32,000 bases of DNA from Candidatus Brocadia sp. (GTDB lineage: Bacteria > Planctomycetota > Brocadiia > Brocadiales > Brocadiaceae): positions 3,480,001 to 3,512,000 of the forward strand of contig CP091279.1 in assembly GCA_021650915.1 (NCBI GenBank), read 5' to 3'. Shown piece by piece: positions 7,613-16,855 of this stretch (within the stretch, counting starts at the first letter, position 1; each line of letters begins with the position of its first letter). Made by a program: the position numbers and the translations under genes. The notes beneath the pieces were generated by a model that was given only the letters and a program-made list of their open reading frames with translations, was not told the DNA's origin and did not search any database.

Positions 7613-9358
7613 ATGGAAAAATATATTTTGGGGTTGGATGTGGGAACCAACTCAATCGGTTCTGCAATTGTCAGATGTGATGGCAATAAACAACCAGTCG
7701 GACTTATTGCCCTGCACAATAGAATTTTTCAAGAGATGGTGGAAGCGGATACGCGTGTGCCGAAAAACAAAAAGCGCAGAGAGAAACGAGGGGCAAGAAA
7801 ATTAGTGCGCCGGTACAAAATGCGAAGGACAAAACTTGTCCAACTCCTGAGTGAAAACAAAATGCTGCCGGACAGCATGCAGGATATGAAAAATTGGGAA
7901 GGTGTTTTAAATGGTATTGGAGACCCGTTCTTACTTCGGGCTAAAGGTGCAAATGAACCGCTTTCTCCGTATGAATTCGGGCGAGCGCTGATGCATCTTT
8001 TAAGGCGCAGAGGCTACAGAAGCAACCGTGGGGCAAAATACATAGAACTGATCAAACACCCAAAAGTCGTTGAATTCTCACAAGCCGAGTTGCAAGACAA
8101 TGATGAAATTGAAGGGGAAGACAAAGCAAAGGCTGATGATCGAAGGAAAGTATTAAGGGGAATATCCCGATTGTATGAAGCAATGAAAGCAAACAACTGT
8201 ATAACTCTTGGGCAATTTATATACAAAACGAGCAGTGAACGTAACCATGAGCCTCGCCGAATTACCAAGTTAACTCTTAATGATACTACTCTGTATGCAA
8301 ACCGTAAACTTTATGAAGATGAGTTCAATTTTCTTTGGGATAAGCAGAACCAATTTCTTTCCTTGAGTGACGGAATTAAGGCTTCAATACACGATGCCAT
8401 TTTCAGTCAACGTCCTATGAAAATCCAGAAAAATCTTGTAGGAAAATGCTCGCTTGAGATTCGCAAGCCCCGTGCAGCAAAGGTAACGCTTGAAGCCCAG
8501 GAGTTCAGGATGTTGCAGGAAATAAATGATCTGAAGATTAAATTGCCTTACACCCCGTTTTCCCCTCTAACTCCTGAGCAAAGAGCCACACTTTTAAATG
8601 CAATTGATAATATTAAGAATTTAAATGAAAAAGGACAACTCCCCTGGGCAGACGTCAAGAAAGTCTTAGACTTGGATAAAAAAGCAAAATTCAACTTACA
8701 AGAGACATCGAAAAACGGACTTTCCGGCAACCGTACAAACCTAGTGTGCAGACATATTAATTACAAATTATATATTGTGGACAATTTTAACTATATCGCG
8801 CCGTAAAACAGCATTTATATGTTTCGTTATTAATATGTCTCTACACTAGCCTTATTCAAAACGATACCTGAACATTGGAAAAATTTCAGTCTGCAACAAA
8901 AACAGGCTTTGATAACCGACCTGTTCACCATCCACAATAAAAAGGCATTATTCAGTCGCCTTATCAACGAACACAACCATGCAAACAATATATGGAGATT
9001 CAGTAGTAAAGAAGCTTATGATCTTGCCACGCTTGAATTAGAGCCGGGGTATGCCAAACACTGTATGAAAGTTATCAATAAGCTTTTGCCTTATATGCGC
9101 GATGGAATGAATTATCACGATGCAAAGGAAAAATACGAGAACGAATACATGAAGAAACACCCAGTTCAAACAAATCAAAATACAACGCTTCCCTTACCTC
9201 CCAATGTGGCAAACCCGATTGTTCAGAAGGCTTTATACGAAACACGCCGGGTGGTAAACGCTATTTTAAAAGCTTACGGTATGCCAGAGATAATCCGTAT
9301 TGAATTGGCAAGAGACCTGAAAACCTCTAAAGAACATCGCAAAAAATTTAGTAGCGTT
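7613..9358 (+). pseudogene. cas9: cas9 (type II CRISPR effector), interrupted by a MITE and truncated after RuvC-II
   Basis: Motifs seen: MEKYILGLDVGTNSIGSAIV (RuvC-I), RREKRGARKLVRRYKMRRTKL (bridge helix), IFSQRPMK, LVGKCSLE and GNRTN. The same frame resumes at 8850 (ALFKTIPEHWKNFSLQQKQALITDLF...). It continues to NPIVQKALYETRRVVNAILKAYGMPEIIRIELARDL (RuvC-II). A GGAGG lies 4 nt before the ATG. No HNH motif occurs anywhere in the window. Confidence 0.85.
8741..8849. mobile_element. MITE inserted in cas9
   Basis: TIRs are CTAGTGTGCAGACATATTAAT and CTAGTGTAGAGACATATTAAT (19/21 matches). CTAG occurs at both ends, 105 bp apart. The element has no coding capacity. It carries the in-frame TAA (8804-8806) that ends the first cas9 ORF. 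Confidence 0.7.
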
Positions 9359-10740
9359 GTCAAGTGGAGACCTGAGAAAAGTCCTCCAATGTATAGTTGT
9401 CACGCATCAAAGCCGTTGTAGTAATAGGCAAGCCGAATTTTGGTAACGTTCAGCGCCCCGGCAACACTCCATTTGCTCACATTCACCCGCAGGTTAACCG
9501 TACGCATGACGCGCTCTACTTTACTTGTCGTTCTGCCATTGAGCCTCTTTTCTATCGCCGTAAACATATCAGGCCTGGCATTCTCAAGATAAGACGCGGT
9601 ATGAGCATATCCCTTCGACAAACAATACTGAATCACCGCACCCAATCGTTTCCTCTTGGACTCTATCATTTTCTCGATGGTCTTCTGGCAATCAACCAAT
9701 GGCCGTATCGCACAGACCTCCATAAGCTCCGACATCACCTCCAGCCATTCTTTCCCCTTGCTCTTGAGCCCATCCTGCCACAATACATACTTTGCCTGAT
9801 ACGGAATATGCCACAAACATCTCTGTACAAGCACCTTGACCTTCCCTTTCAAACTATCCAAAATAGAGGTGTCGCCATCGGTTATCAAAAGAAACTGGGA
9901 AAACTTCCTGAACACCTTAACACTCTTACCAAACAGCTTATCCCAACTGCCGTTGTAATTCCCTATGTCAAGCCCTGCCACTCTCACCCCTCCACCTCTC
10001 TTATATTGCACAAAGACCTTGAGCTCCTTGCCTCGTTTTGCTATCCCCTTAATCCCTACCCCTGTCCCGTCTGCTTCTCCCAGGGGAAGTCCCTTCTCGT
10101 CGAGTTGAAAATCTATCTCTGCTGCCGTCTTTTGTACCGATTTCCATATCGTCATCTTGTCTACTGTCCAGCCAAACATCGACACGATCTTCTTCGCTAC
10201 CCGGTAGGTCGTTAACGATCCTACCAGCCCAAGCTTCCGATACGTCTCCGGTGGTATTCGCTTCATCCGCTCCATCCCCAGAAGCTTTCGCGTTATATAC
10301 ATCTTATGACCGCACCTCTTGCACTGCACCTGCAACTGCTCTAATCTCAACCACTGAAAGACCGTCAGTATCTTCGTCTCTTTTCCATGCCTCGTCTTCC
10401 AGATAAACTCCTTGTCATTCCCACATTCGTCGCAGCAAAATGGCTTCCGTGATTGCGCCATCGCACTCTCACCAAAACCAACCACGATCTTCTGAATAAA
10501 ATCCCTTAATATCTCCGGCAGTATCTTGCAAAATGCCCTGAGAATCGACTCCAAGCTGCCGTCCTTTAATTCAACCCGAATTTGACAACCAAATTCTATT
10601 GTGATACCATCTGTGCATGGGGTTGCTCCCATATAGCCCTCCTTCTCTTTATGGTTTAGTTTCTTTTATCAAAACTATTTTTTACCATATTTGAAGGGCT
10701 TTTTCTTTAACCAAGTCTCTCTTTTTCTACTCCACCAGAC
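9359..10740 (-). mobile_element. IS element truncating cas9 (boundaries tentative)
   Basis: It contains the 410-aa transposase gene. Weak terminal similarity exists: GTCAAGTGGAG (9359-9369) against GTCTGGTGGAG (reverse complement of 10730-10740). I found no flanking direct repeat. Confidence 0.5.
9400..10632 (-). CDS. DDE transposase with N-terminal zinc-ribbon (ISLre2/ISKra4/ISH6-like; family uncertain)
   Basis: Motifs seen: CCDECGN...CKRCGH Cys pairs, ITDGDTSILDSL...QRCLWHI, and EADGTG. The 410-aa ORF is intact. Confidence 0.75.
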   Translation of the reverse strand: MGATPCTDGITIEFGCQIRVELKDGSLESILRAFCKILPEILRDFIQKIVVGFGESAMAQSRKPFCCDECGNDKEFIWKTRHGKETKILTVFQWLRLEQLQVQCKRCGHKMYITRKLLGMERMKRIPPETYRKLGLVGSLTTYRVAKKIVSMFGWTVDKMTIWKSVQKTAAEIDFQLDEKGLPLGEADGTGVGIKGIAKRGKELKVFVQYKRGGGVRVAGLDIGNYNGSWDKLFGKSVKVFRKFSQFLLITDGDTSILDSLKGKVKVLVQRCLWHIPYQAKYVLWQDGLKSKGKEWLEVMSELMEVCAIRPLVDCQKTIEKMIESKRKRLGAVIQYCLSKGYAHTASYLENARPDMFTAIEKRLNGRTTSKVERVMRTVNLRVNVSKWSVAGALNVTKIRLAYYYNGFDA

Positions 10741-10839
10741 CAGGAATTTTAAATATTTCAGGCTTGCAGATTGAACCGGATATTAGAACCTGACTATGGA
10801 TTTTAAATCAGTCCCGGCCATGAAAAAAGCCGAATGTTT

Positions 10840-10863
10840 GGTTCAATCGAAAACGATTGAACC
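10840..10863 (-). repeat. REP-like hairpin, copy 1
   Basis: GGTTCAATCG-aaaa-CGATTGAACC forms a perfect 10-bp stem about 95 nt downstream of the GH15 stop. A related copy lies at 21034-21057. Confidence 0.5.
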
Positions 10864-10959
10864 AGCGCGGTAAACATCTAAAATATTTATGGTTTCTGGG
10901 TTCAGCAAAAACGGTGTGATGACGTGGTGGTATGAACCGTTACAAGATTTGGCACCCCC

Positions 10960-12984
10960 CTAAGCATTCCAAGGTTTCTGAACATGCCGGTGCACGTAAG
11001 ACTCTGAATTACCGCACTCAGGACATATGAGGAGTCTTTCTCGTTTTTTCATATATTTTAAGAGAGTCGTAACGAAGACGGCATGACTCCAGGTAAGGGG
11101 TGATACCGACAACGGTTCACCGGTGTAGGGATTGATCTGTTCTGCAAGGACACCGGAGGGCAATGCCCTGCTCACCACCCATTCCAGGACGGATAACGCA
11201 TTTCTGAGTTCTGCAAGGGTTTTTGCCCGCATAATATCGTATTCGGCCAGCCACAAGGTGCAAACAAACCAGGGATTACCTGGCACCTGTCCGGCTTCGT
11301 TGCTGACCCTATGATAGGGATCGTTGGTATATCGGGCGATCCCACCCACATACGTGTTTACCGACAATTTTTCCTTTACCGCATTCATTGTTGAGGCAGT
11401 CATTGATTCTTCTGCGTCAAAGACATCAAAGGTAACAAGCCCGGCAAGACTTGCATCCACCGTCATGTCGAGTTCGTAACCGGTTGCCGTCCTTGTCCCC
11501 ATCCTTGCAAATCGTTTTTCTTCTTTATGATAAAAATAGGTCGTCAGGGCACTCTTCATCGTATCTGCGATTTCATGATATTTACTGCCGTATTCATGCT
11601 CTCCAAAGGCATTGGCAAAATTACCCGCTGCACGCAACCCCGCAATAACCGCTGATACCGTAAAGGTATGCACCCCGTACCGTTCTTCCCATAAATCATA
11701 CGAATCGAGCGGCAACCCGGTTTCTTCATCCCTGAATTTAATCATAAACTCAGCCGCGCTTATGATTAAATTCCGGTAGAGCGATTTCACGAATTCAATG
11801 TCCCTGAATTCATCATAATGGTTCCATAACGCCCAAATGACCAAAGCAATTCCGTCTTCCTGAATGGGCAGGCTCTTCTTGTCGTTCTTCAGCCACGGAT
11901 GCCACGAACTGGCGAAAGACCGGTCGGGATTATATTTGTGGAGCAGATAGCCGTCATTGGAAATAACATCTGCGCAGAACTGGAAGAAACGTTTTGACGT
12001 GTCCAGATACCCTGACTTAACCAGGGCTTGCGCCACCAGGGCCCCGTCCCTCGGCCACATATAAGAATAGTGATCCCGCCCCATTTGGACGATATCGGAA
12101 TCATTCGCGGCAATAATGGCGCCTTCGTTGTCAATCTGCGTCCGGATAATCAGCAGACTTCTCTTGAAAAAGGAGATAAGCCTTTGTGGGATGTCAGAGA
12201 AGTTAAACGTCTCTTTATTTACCCACAATTTCCAGTAATTTTCCGTCCGTCGTATCAATTCTTCCGGCATTTTTTCCCAGATAACCTTATTGAGTTTTAC
12301 GACTTCGCTGTATTTCATTCCTACGGCAATCCAATAATGGGCTATATTTTCACTGTATGCTTTCACCTGAAGATTGATACCCAGGGTTGAATCTACCGAA
12401 CCCTGGGCAATAGGATTGCCACTTAAGGCGCCATCTTCGGCATCCTTCCACGTCCCCTCTGCACCCCGTGTTTCTTTGATCCCCGTGGCGAAATGGTCTA
12501 CCCCGCATTTTGCCGAATCACAACAATTAATCAGAAAATACCGATGGGACTTGTAGTGAATAACGGACATGGTATCCGGGTCGTAATACGCAGTATCCCC
12601 AACTTCATTTTCGTAGATGTGAAAATCATGGTTGAAAAATAATCGTACTTCCCGGTCCCTTCCCTCCAGATTCCGGACGACAATTTCCTTCACAAAGATG
12701 TTCAAATGAAAATCCACGGTATCGTACATCTGAAGCTCGATCTTCAACCGATCGTTTCTTGCTCTCACATCTGTTACCAGGGTATCTTCTTTATATCGCA
12801 AGGTCTTTTGCCATTCTCCTCCAAACCAGCTGAATTGCCCATCAACCCATATACCCATCCGGCAGGGATGACCGATAGTGTGATTTTCCTTACCGACATA
12901 GGGATAAAAAATGTCTCTGATCTGGTACTCCCGGTCAAAGGTAACCAGCATTGAACCATTTCCTACCGGTAGGTCTCTGGGCAT
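10960..12984 (-). CDS. glycoside hydrolase family 15 (glucoamylase/glucodextranase-like)
   Basis: This 674-aa protein carries YMWPRDGA and EQINPYTGEPLSVSPLTWSHA motifs. It has an N-terminal beta-sandwich region followed by an (alpha/alpha)6 region. Confidence 0.88.
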   Translation of the reverse strand: MPRDLPVGNGSMLVTFDREYQIRDIFYPYVGKENHTIGHPCRMGIWVDGQFSWFGGEWQKTLRYKEDTLVTDVRARNDRLKIELQMYDTVDFHLNIFVKEIVVRNLEGRDREVRLFFNHDFHIYENEVGDTAYYDPDTMSVIHYKSHRYFLINCCDSAKCGVDHFATGIKETRGAEGTWKDAEDGALSGNPIAQGSVDSTLGINLQVKAYSENIAHYWIAVGMKYSEVVKLNKVIWEKMPEELIRRTENYWKLWVNKETFNFSDIPQRLISFFKRSLLIIRTQIDNEGAIIAANDSDIVQMGRDHYSYMWPRDGALVAQALVKSGYLDTSKRFFQFCADVISNDGYLLHKYNPDRSFASSWHPWLKNDKKSLPIQEDGIALVIWALWNHYDEFRDIEFVKSLYRNLIISAAEFMIKFRDEETGLPLDSYDLWEERYGVHTFTVSAVIAGLRAAGNFANAFGEHEYGSKYHEIADTMKSALTTYFYHKEEKRFARMGTRTATGYELDMTVDASLAGLVTFDVFDAEESMTASTMNAVKEKLSVNTYVGGIARYTNDPYHRVSNEAGQVPGNPWFVCTLWLAEYDIMRAKTLAELRNALSVLEWVVSRALPSGVLAEQINPYTGEPLSVSPLTWSHAVFVTTLLKYMKKRERLLICPECGNSESYVHRHVQKPWNA

Positions 12985-13142
12985 ATATTTTCTTCCTTAT
13001 ATATAAAACCTCTTAGGTCGAAGGGACAAGGGTCAGGGCTCAAGGGTCAAGTTTGTAAAGACCTGATTGATCCTTTTAGCAACCTTGCTACTTCCTGACG
13101 TTTATCATCCATTGCTTTGTACTTTTCATTCACCGTGCATGG

Positions 13143-13910
13143 CTACACTCCGGTTCGCGTGAGTTTACCGGCAGCCATACGGTCAACGATAAACAAAAGC
13201 CGGCCATGTACCGGCTGTATGAGCTGGGCAGGCAATCTCTGCGGCTGATAATCACCTTCAAGGACTTCTTGCAACACCGGGGCTTTTGATGCACCGGAAA
13301 CTAAAAATATGATATGCTCTGCCTGGTTAATCACTGGGACCGTCAGGGTGAGACGGTATGCACCAAGCTTTTCAACGTAATGGGAACACATGAACCGGCT
13401 TGTTTCTTCAAGTACGGAGACGCCGGGAAAGAGCGAGGCGGTATGCCCATCATCCCCCATGCCAAGCAAAATCAGGTCAAAACGGGGGAACTCACCCGTA
13501 TTCAGATGAAAGAATGTTTTTATGGTCTGCTCGTATTCCCCTGCTGCATGAGCGTGATCTTCCCGCTCTGCCGGTATCCGGTGAATGTGTTCTTTTGGAA
13601 TGGGCACCCTCTGAATGAGCGCTTCACGGGTCATTCGGTAATTACTGTCCGGGTCATCCGGCGGGACACAGCGCTCGTCCCCCCAGAACAGATAAACATC
13701 CGTCCACGACACCTGCTTCCGGTATACATCGCTGGCCAGCATCGTGTATAGTCCCCTGGGGGTTGAGCCACCGGATAACGCAACCGTAAAAAACCCCTTC
13801 GCCCGAACTGCTTCGCCAGCAAGGCGAACGAACTCTTGTGCCGCCTGATGACTTAATTCATCGGGGTTCGCAACAACCCGGATTTCACGTTTGACAAGTG
13901 CTTTGGTCAT
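13143..13910 (-). CDS. pgl: 6-phosphogluconolactonase
   Basis: Motifs seen: ALSGGSTP and LLGMGDDGHTASLFPG. It lies adjacent to and downstream of zwf. Confidence 0.9.
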   Translation of the reverse strand: MTKALVKREIRVVANPDELSHQAAQEFVRLAGEAVRAKGFFTVALSGGSTPRGLYTMLASDVYRKQVSWTDVYLFWGDERCVPPDDPDSNYRMTREALIQRVPIPKEHIHRIPAEREDHAHAAGEYEQTIKTFFHLNTGEFPRFDLILLGMGDDGHTASLFPGVSVLEETSRFMCSHYVEKLGAYRLTLTVPVINQAEHIIFLVSGASKAPVLQEVLEGDYQPQRLPAQLIQPVHGRLLFIVDRMAAGKLTRTGV

Positions 13911-13929
13911 ATCTCATCTTCACCCGACG

Positions 13930-15468
13930 TTACTTGATACATTTCCTCCACTCCCGTCCGTCTCTTGCCATCAACTCATTAGCTTCCTGCGGACCCCATG
14001 TCCCCGATGCATAGTTAGGGTATCTCCGATGTGGCAGCGCGTTCCATACGTCCTGGACCGTTGACACCACACCCCAACTGGCCTCAACCATGTCAGCGCG
14101 CTGAAACAAGGTCGCATCTCCCAGCATGCAGTCATAGAGCAACCGCTCGTGACCGGTGCTCGGCGTGCGGCCGAAATAGTCTTCATACTTGAATTCCATA
14201 TCAACCGTTCCCATGCGCACGAGGGGGCCGGGAACCTTTGCGCCAAAGTTAAGCGAAATACCCTCATTCGGCTGGATATGGAGCACCAGTAAGTTTGGTT
14301 TCAGGTGTTCCACCGTGGTTTTGCGAAACAGTACAAAGGGAGCGCTTTTGAACTGAATAGCTATCTCCGTGACCCGGCAGGGAAGCCGCTTGCCGGTCCT
14401 CAGGTAAAACGGCACATTCGCCCAGCGCCAGTTATCGATGAACAGCTTCATTGCCACAAAGGTTTCCGTGCAGGAATCGGGCGGCACACTTGGCTCAGAC
14501 CGGTAAGCGGGCACTCGCTGTCCTTTCACCATACCTTCACCATACTGCCCTCTCACCGTAAAACTCAGTACCCCTTCCGGCGATATTGACTGAATGGCAT
14601 GTAAAATTTTGACCTGCTCGTCGCGCACCGCGTCAGCTTCAAAGGAAATCGGCGGTTCCATCGCCGTCAACGTAAGCAGTTGAAACATATGGTTGGGCAC
14701 CATGTCCCTCAGCGCACCAGCTTTATCGTAATAATCGCCCCGCTGCCCTACGCCGATATCCTCCGCAACCGTGATTTGTACGTGGTCAATGTAACGACGG
14801 TTCCAAATGGGCTCAAAGATGCCGTTGGCAAAACGGAAGACCATAATGTTTTGCACCGTTTCCTTACCAAGATAATGATCAATGCGATAGATCTGGCTCT
14901 CGGTCAGCACCTTTCTGATCTCCTGATTCAGGGCGCAGGCAGACTCCACATCCCGCCCGAATGGTTTTTCAATGATAACCCGGCGCCAGCGCCCGTTTTC
15001 TTCGCGGGCAAGCCCGGCGGCGCCAATATGCTGAATAATCGGAGAAAACAGCTCCGGCGAGGTTGCAAGGTAATAGAGATAATTTCCCCGGGTACCCTGC
15101 TCTTTATCTACTTTCAGCAAGAGGTCCTTGAGTTGCTGGTAATCATTTGAATCCTGAATATCCCCTGGTGAATAATAGAGTCGCTGGACGAACCAATTCC
15201 ACAAGTCCGGATCAATCGAACCTGTCGCATGCTCTTTCATATCCTTGCTGATCCTCTCGCGGAACTCCTCATGACTCATCCTGGTGCGGGAAAATCCGAC
15301 GATGGCAAATTCCCGGGACAACAAACGTTCCCGCGCCAGGTTATACAGAGCGGGAAGAAGTTTCCGTTTGGCCAGGTCACCCGAAGCCCCAAATATAACC
15401 ATAACACAAGGATCCCCTGTCTTCCCCAGCGGGTCACTAACGGCACCCCTTTCATTTGTGCATTCCAT
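13930..15468 (-). CDS. zwf: glucose-6-phosphate 1-dehydrogenase
   Basis: Motifs seen: [17 protein letters not shown] and RIDHYLGKE. Confidence 0.95.
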   Translation of the reverse strand: MECTNERGAVSDPLGKTGDPCVMVIFGASGDLAKRKLLPALYNLARERLLSREFAIVGFSRTRMSHEEFRERISKDMKEHATGSIDPDLWNWFVQRLYYSPGDIQDSNDYQQLKDLLLKVDKEQGTRGNYLYYLATSPELFSPIIQHIGAAGLAREENGRWRRVIIEKPFGRDVESACALNQEIRKVLTESQIYRIDHYLGKETVQNIMVFRFANGIFEPIWNRRYIDHVQITVAEDIGVGQRGDYYDKAGALRDMVPNHMFQLLTLTAMEPPISFEADAVRDEQVKILHAIQSISPEGVLSFTVRGQYGEGMVKGQRVPAYRSEPSVPPDSCTETFVAMKLFIDNWRWANVPFYLRTGKRLPCRVTEIAIQFKSAPFVLFRKTTVEHLKPNLLVLHIQPNEGISLNFGAKVPGPLVRMGTVDMEFKYEDYFGRTPSTGHERLLYDCMLGDATLFQRADMVEASWGVVSTVQDVWNALPHRRYPNYASGTWGPQEANELMARDGREWRKCIK

Positions 15469-15507
15469 TCTTACCCCCTTTTCATGACCTCTCTGATAAT
15501 CGCCCCT

Positions 15508-15641
15508 GGTAACAATTTAGTTTTTTGAAAAATCCCAATAAAGGCGATGTTTACCATACCGTGCAGGGGCAGGTTTGAAACCTGCCCCTACAAGACAATA
15601 GTATTTATCGAGAGAATTTTTCAAAAAGCTAAATTGTTACC
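15508..15641. mobile_element. 134-bp MITE-like element with 26-bp terminal inverted repeats
   Basis: GGTAACAATTTAGTTTTTTGAAAAAT (15508-15533) pairs with ATTTTTCAAAAAGCTAAATTGTTACC (15616-15641), 25/26 complementary. An internal hairpin reads GGGGCAGGT-ttgaa-ACCTGCCCC. No ORF is present. Confidence 0.6.
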
Positions 15642-16452
15642 GATCCTGTTTATCCTTGTTCGCAAGCTTTAATCGCATCATTTCTGCAAAGAGCCCCACT
15701 TCATATTCAATGCCTTTCACAATGTCATTTTCTCCGGCAAAATTAATGCACTTCTTCATTTCCTTGAGCGCCCTCGCATCCCTTTCCAGGAGAATCTTTG
15801 CCGTAGCTATCGCGTGATCCAAGACTTCCTTGTGAGGCACGACCTGGTTAATAAGACCCCATTCCAAGGCGGTTTCTGCGCGGATCATCTTGCCTAAGAA
15901 CAACATCTCTTTCGCGCGGGCTGCCCCAATAAAACGCGGCAGGCGCTGTGTGCCGCCAAGTCCGGGAATAATGCTCAATTCCAGCTTCGCCTCCGGCAAA
16001 CTAAAGAAGGAAATTTCAGATGCAACGCGCAGGTCACACAGCATAGCAAGCTCCAGCCCGGCCCCGATAGTGACGCCGTTAATCGCGGCAATAACGGGTT
16101 TCTTGCAATTTTCAATTTCCACGAACATCTCATGGGCGCGTTTGAATCGTTCGTAATTTTTTTCCGCCACAAGGCCGGAAATCCAGGAGCCAAAGAGTTC
16201 ATCACGGTCGGCGCCGTCACTGAATACCCCCCGGAGTTTACTGGCGATAATAATCGCGCTAATCTTGCCATCCCCTTCGTATTGATCCATTTTATCGTAG
16301 ATGGCGTCCAGCAGCCATGAACCGATAGAATTGCGGGGCGGCTTCTTCATAGAGATAATGCCAATAGCCTTGCCATGATCTCCGGAAATTTCTTCAAACT
16401 CGATGTGGTCATAACCAGAGTTATCACCACGATTCATGCGAATGTCTTTCAT
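15637..16452 (-). CDS. enoyl-CoA hydratase/isomerase (crotonase) family protein
   Basis: AAINGVTIGAGLELAMLCDLRVA is a crotonase oxyanion-hole region. Length is 271 aa. Confidence 0.85.
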   Translation of the reverse strand: MKDIRMNRGDNSGYDHIEFEEISGDHGKAIGIISMKKPPRNSIGSWLLDAIYDKMDQYEGDGKISAIIIASKLRGVFSDGADRDELFGSWISGLVAEKNYERFKRAHEMFVEIENCKKPVIAAINGVTIGAGLELAMLCDLRVASEISFFSLPEAKLELSIIPGLGGTQRLPRFIGAARAKEMLFLGKMIRAETALEWGLINQVVPHKEVLDHAIATAKILLERDARALKEMKKCINFAGENDIVKGIEYEVGLFAEMMRLKLANKDKQDR

Positions 16453-16855
16453 TGTTCAAAAACTCTGCATACCGTATCGCTGTCCTTTATTTAATACCTT
16501 CCCGATCAGCTTAAATACCTCTAATTGAGCAATCCCGTGGCTATTTCTTTCTTGAAGGAGCTTCGCCTTCTCTTATGAGTCTTCCAGTCGGAGGTGTTGG
16601 CTTCTGTAGCTTCTGTGGCTGTGGTTGCTGTGGTTTAGGTTTTTCTTCCCGCATTTTTTTCTCCTCAATTTTTGTTTACCAGTTCAACCTTCAGTATTTC
16701 AAAAGTTGAATGATAAACCATGTAAAAAGAAAATAAACTGAGAAACAAAACCAGCAGGTAAGGAAAGACTTGAATTTATCCTGTCCCTACGATCTAATTC
16801 TTTCCAATACATGTCTCTAAATAATTCTTCTGTATACTTACTTAAATTTGTCATG

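Noticed and set aside
9397-10215. 272-aa plus-strand ORF opposite the transposase gene.
   Set aside because: It is antisense to a transposase ORF with clear motifs. Its His/Pro/Leu-rich composition is typical of shadow frames.
7387-10959. Looked for a CRISPR array, meaning regularly spaced direct repeats matching or complementary to the 37-mer at 7521-7557, around the cas9 remnant and in every other intergenic region of the window.
   Set aside because: No spaced direct repeats were found. The 37-mer occurs only once. Recurring GATTGAACC fragments at 10773 and 10856 belong to a hairpin motif, not an array.
10741-10959. Possible leftover 3' end of cas9 or cas1/cas2 to the right of the IS.
   Set aside because: All three plus-strand frames hit stops within about 20 codons, and nothing resembles HNH, RuvC-III or Cas1/2 motifs.
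12985-13142. Repetitive CAAGGGTCA-type sequence between pgl and the GH15 gene, as a possible regulatory repeat.
   Set aside because: It has only 2-3 imperfect short units. It resembles the dispersed G/C-motif debris seen elsewhere in the window, with no clear structure.
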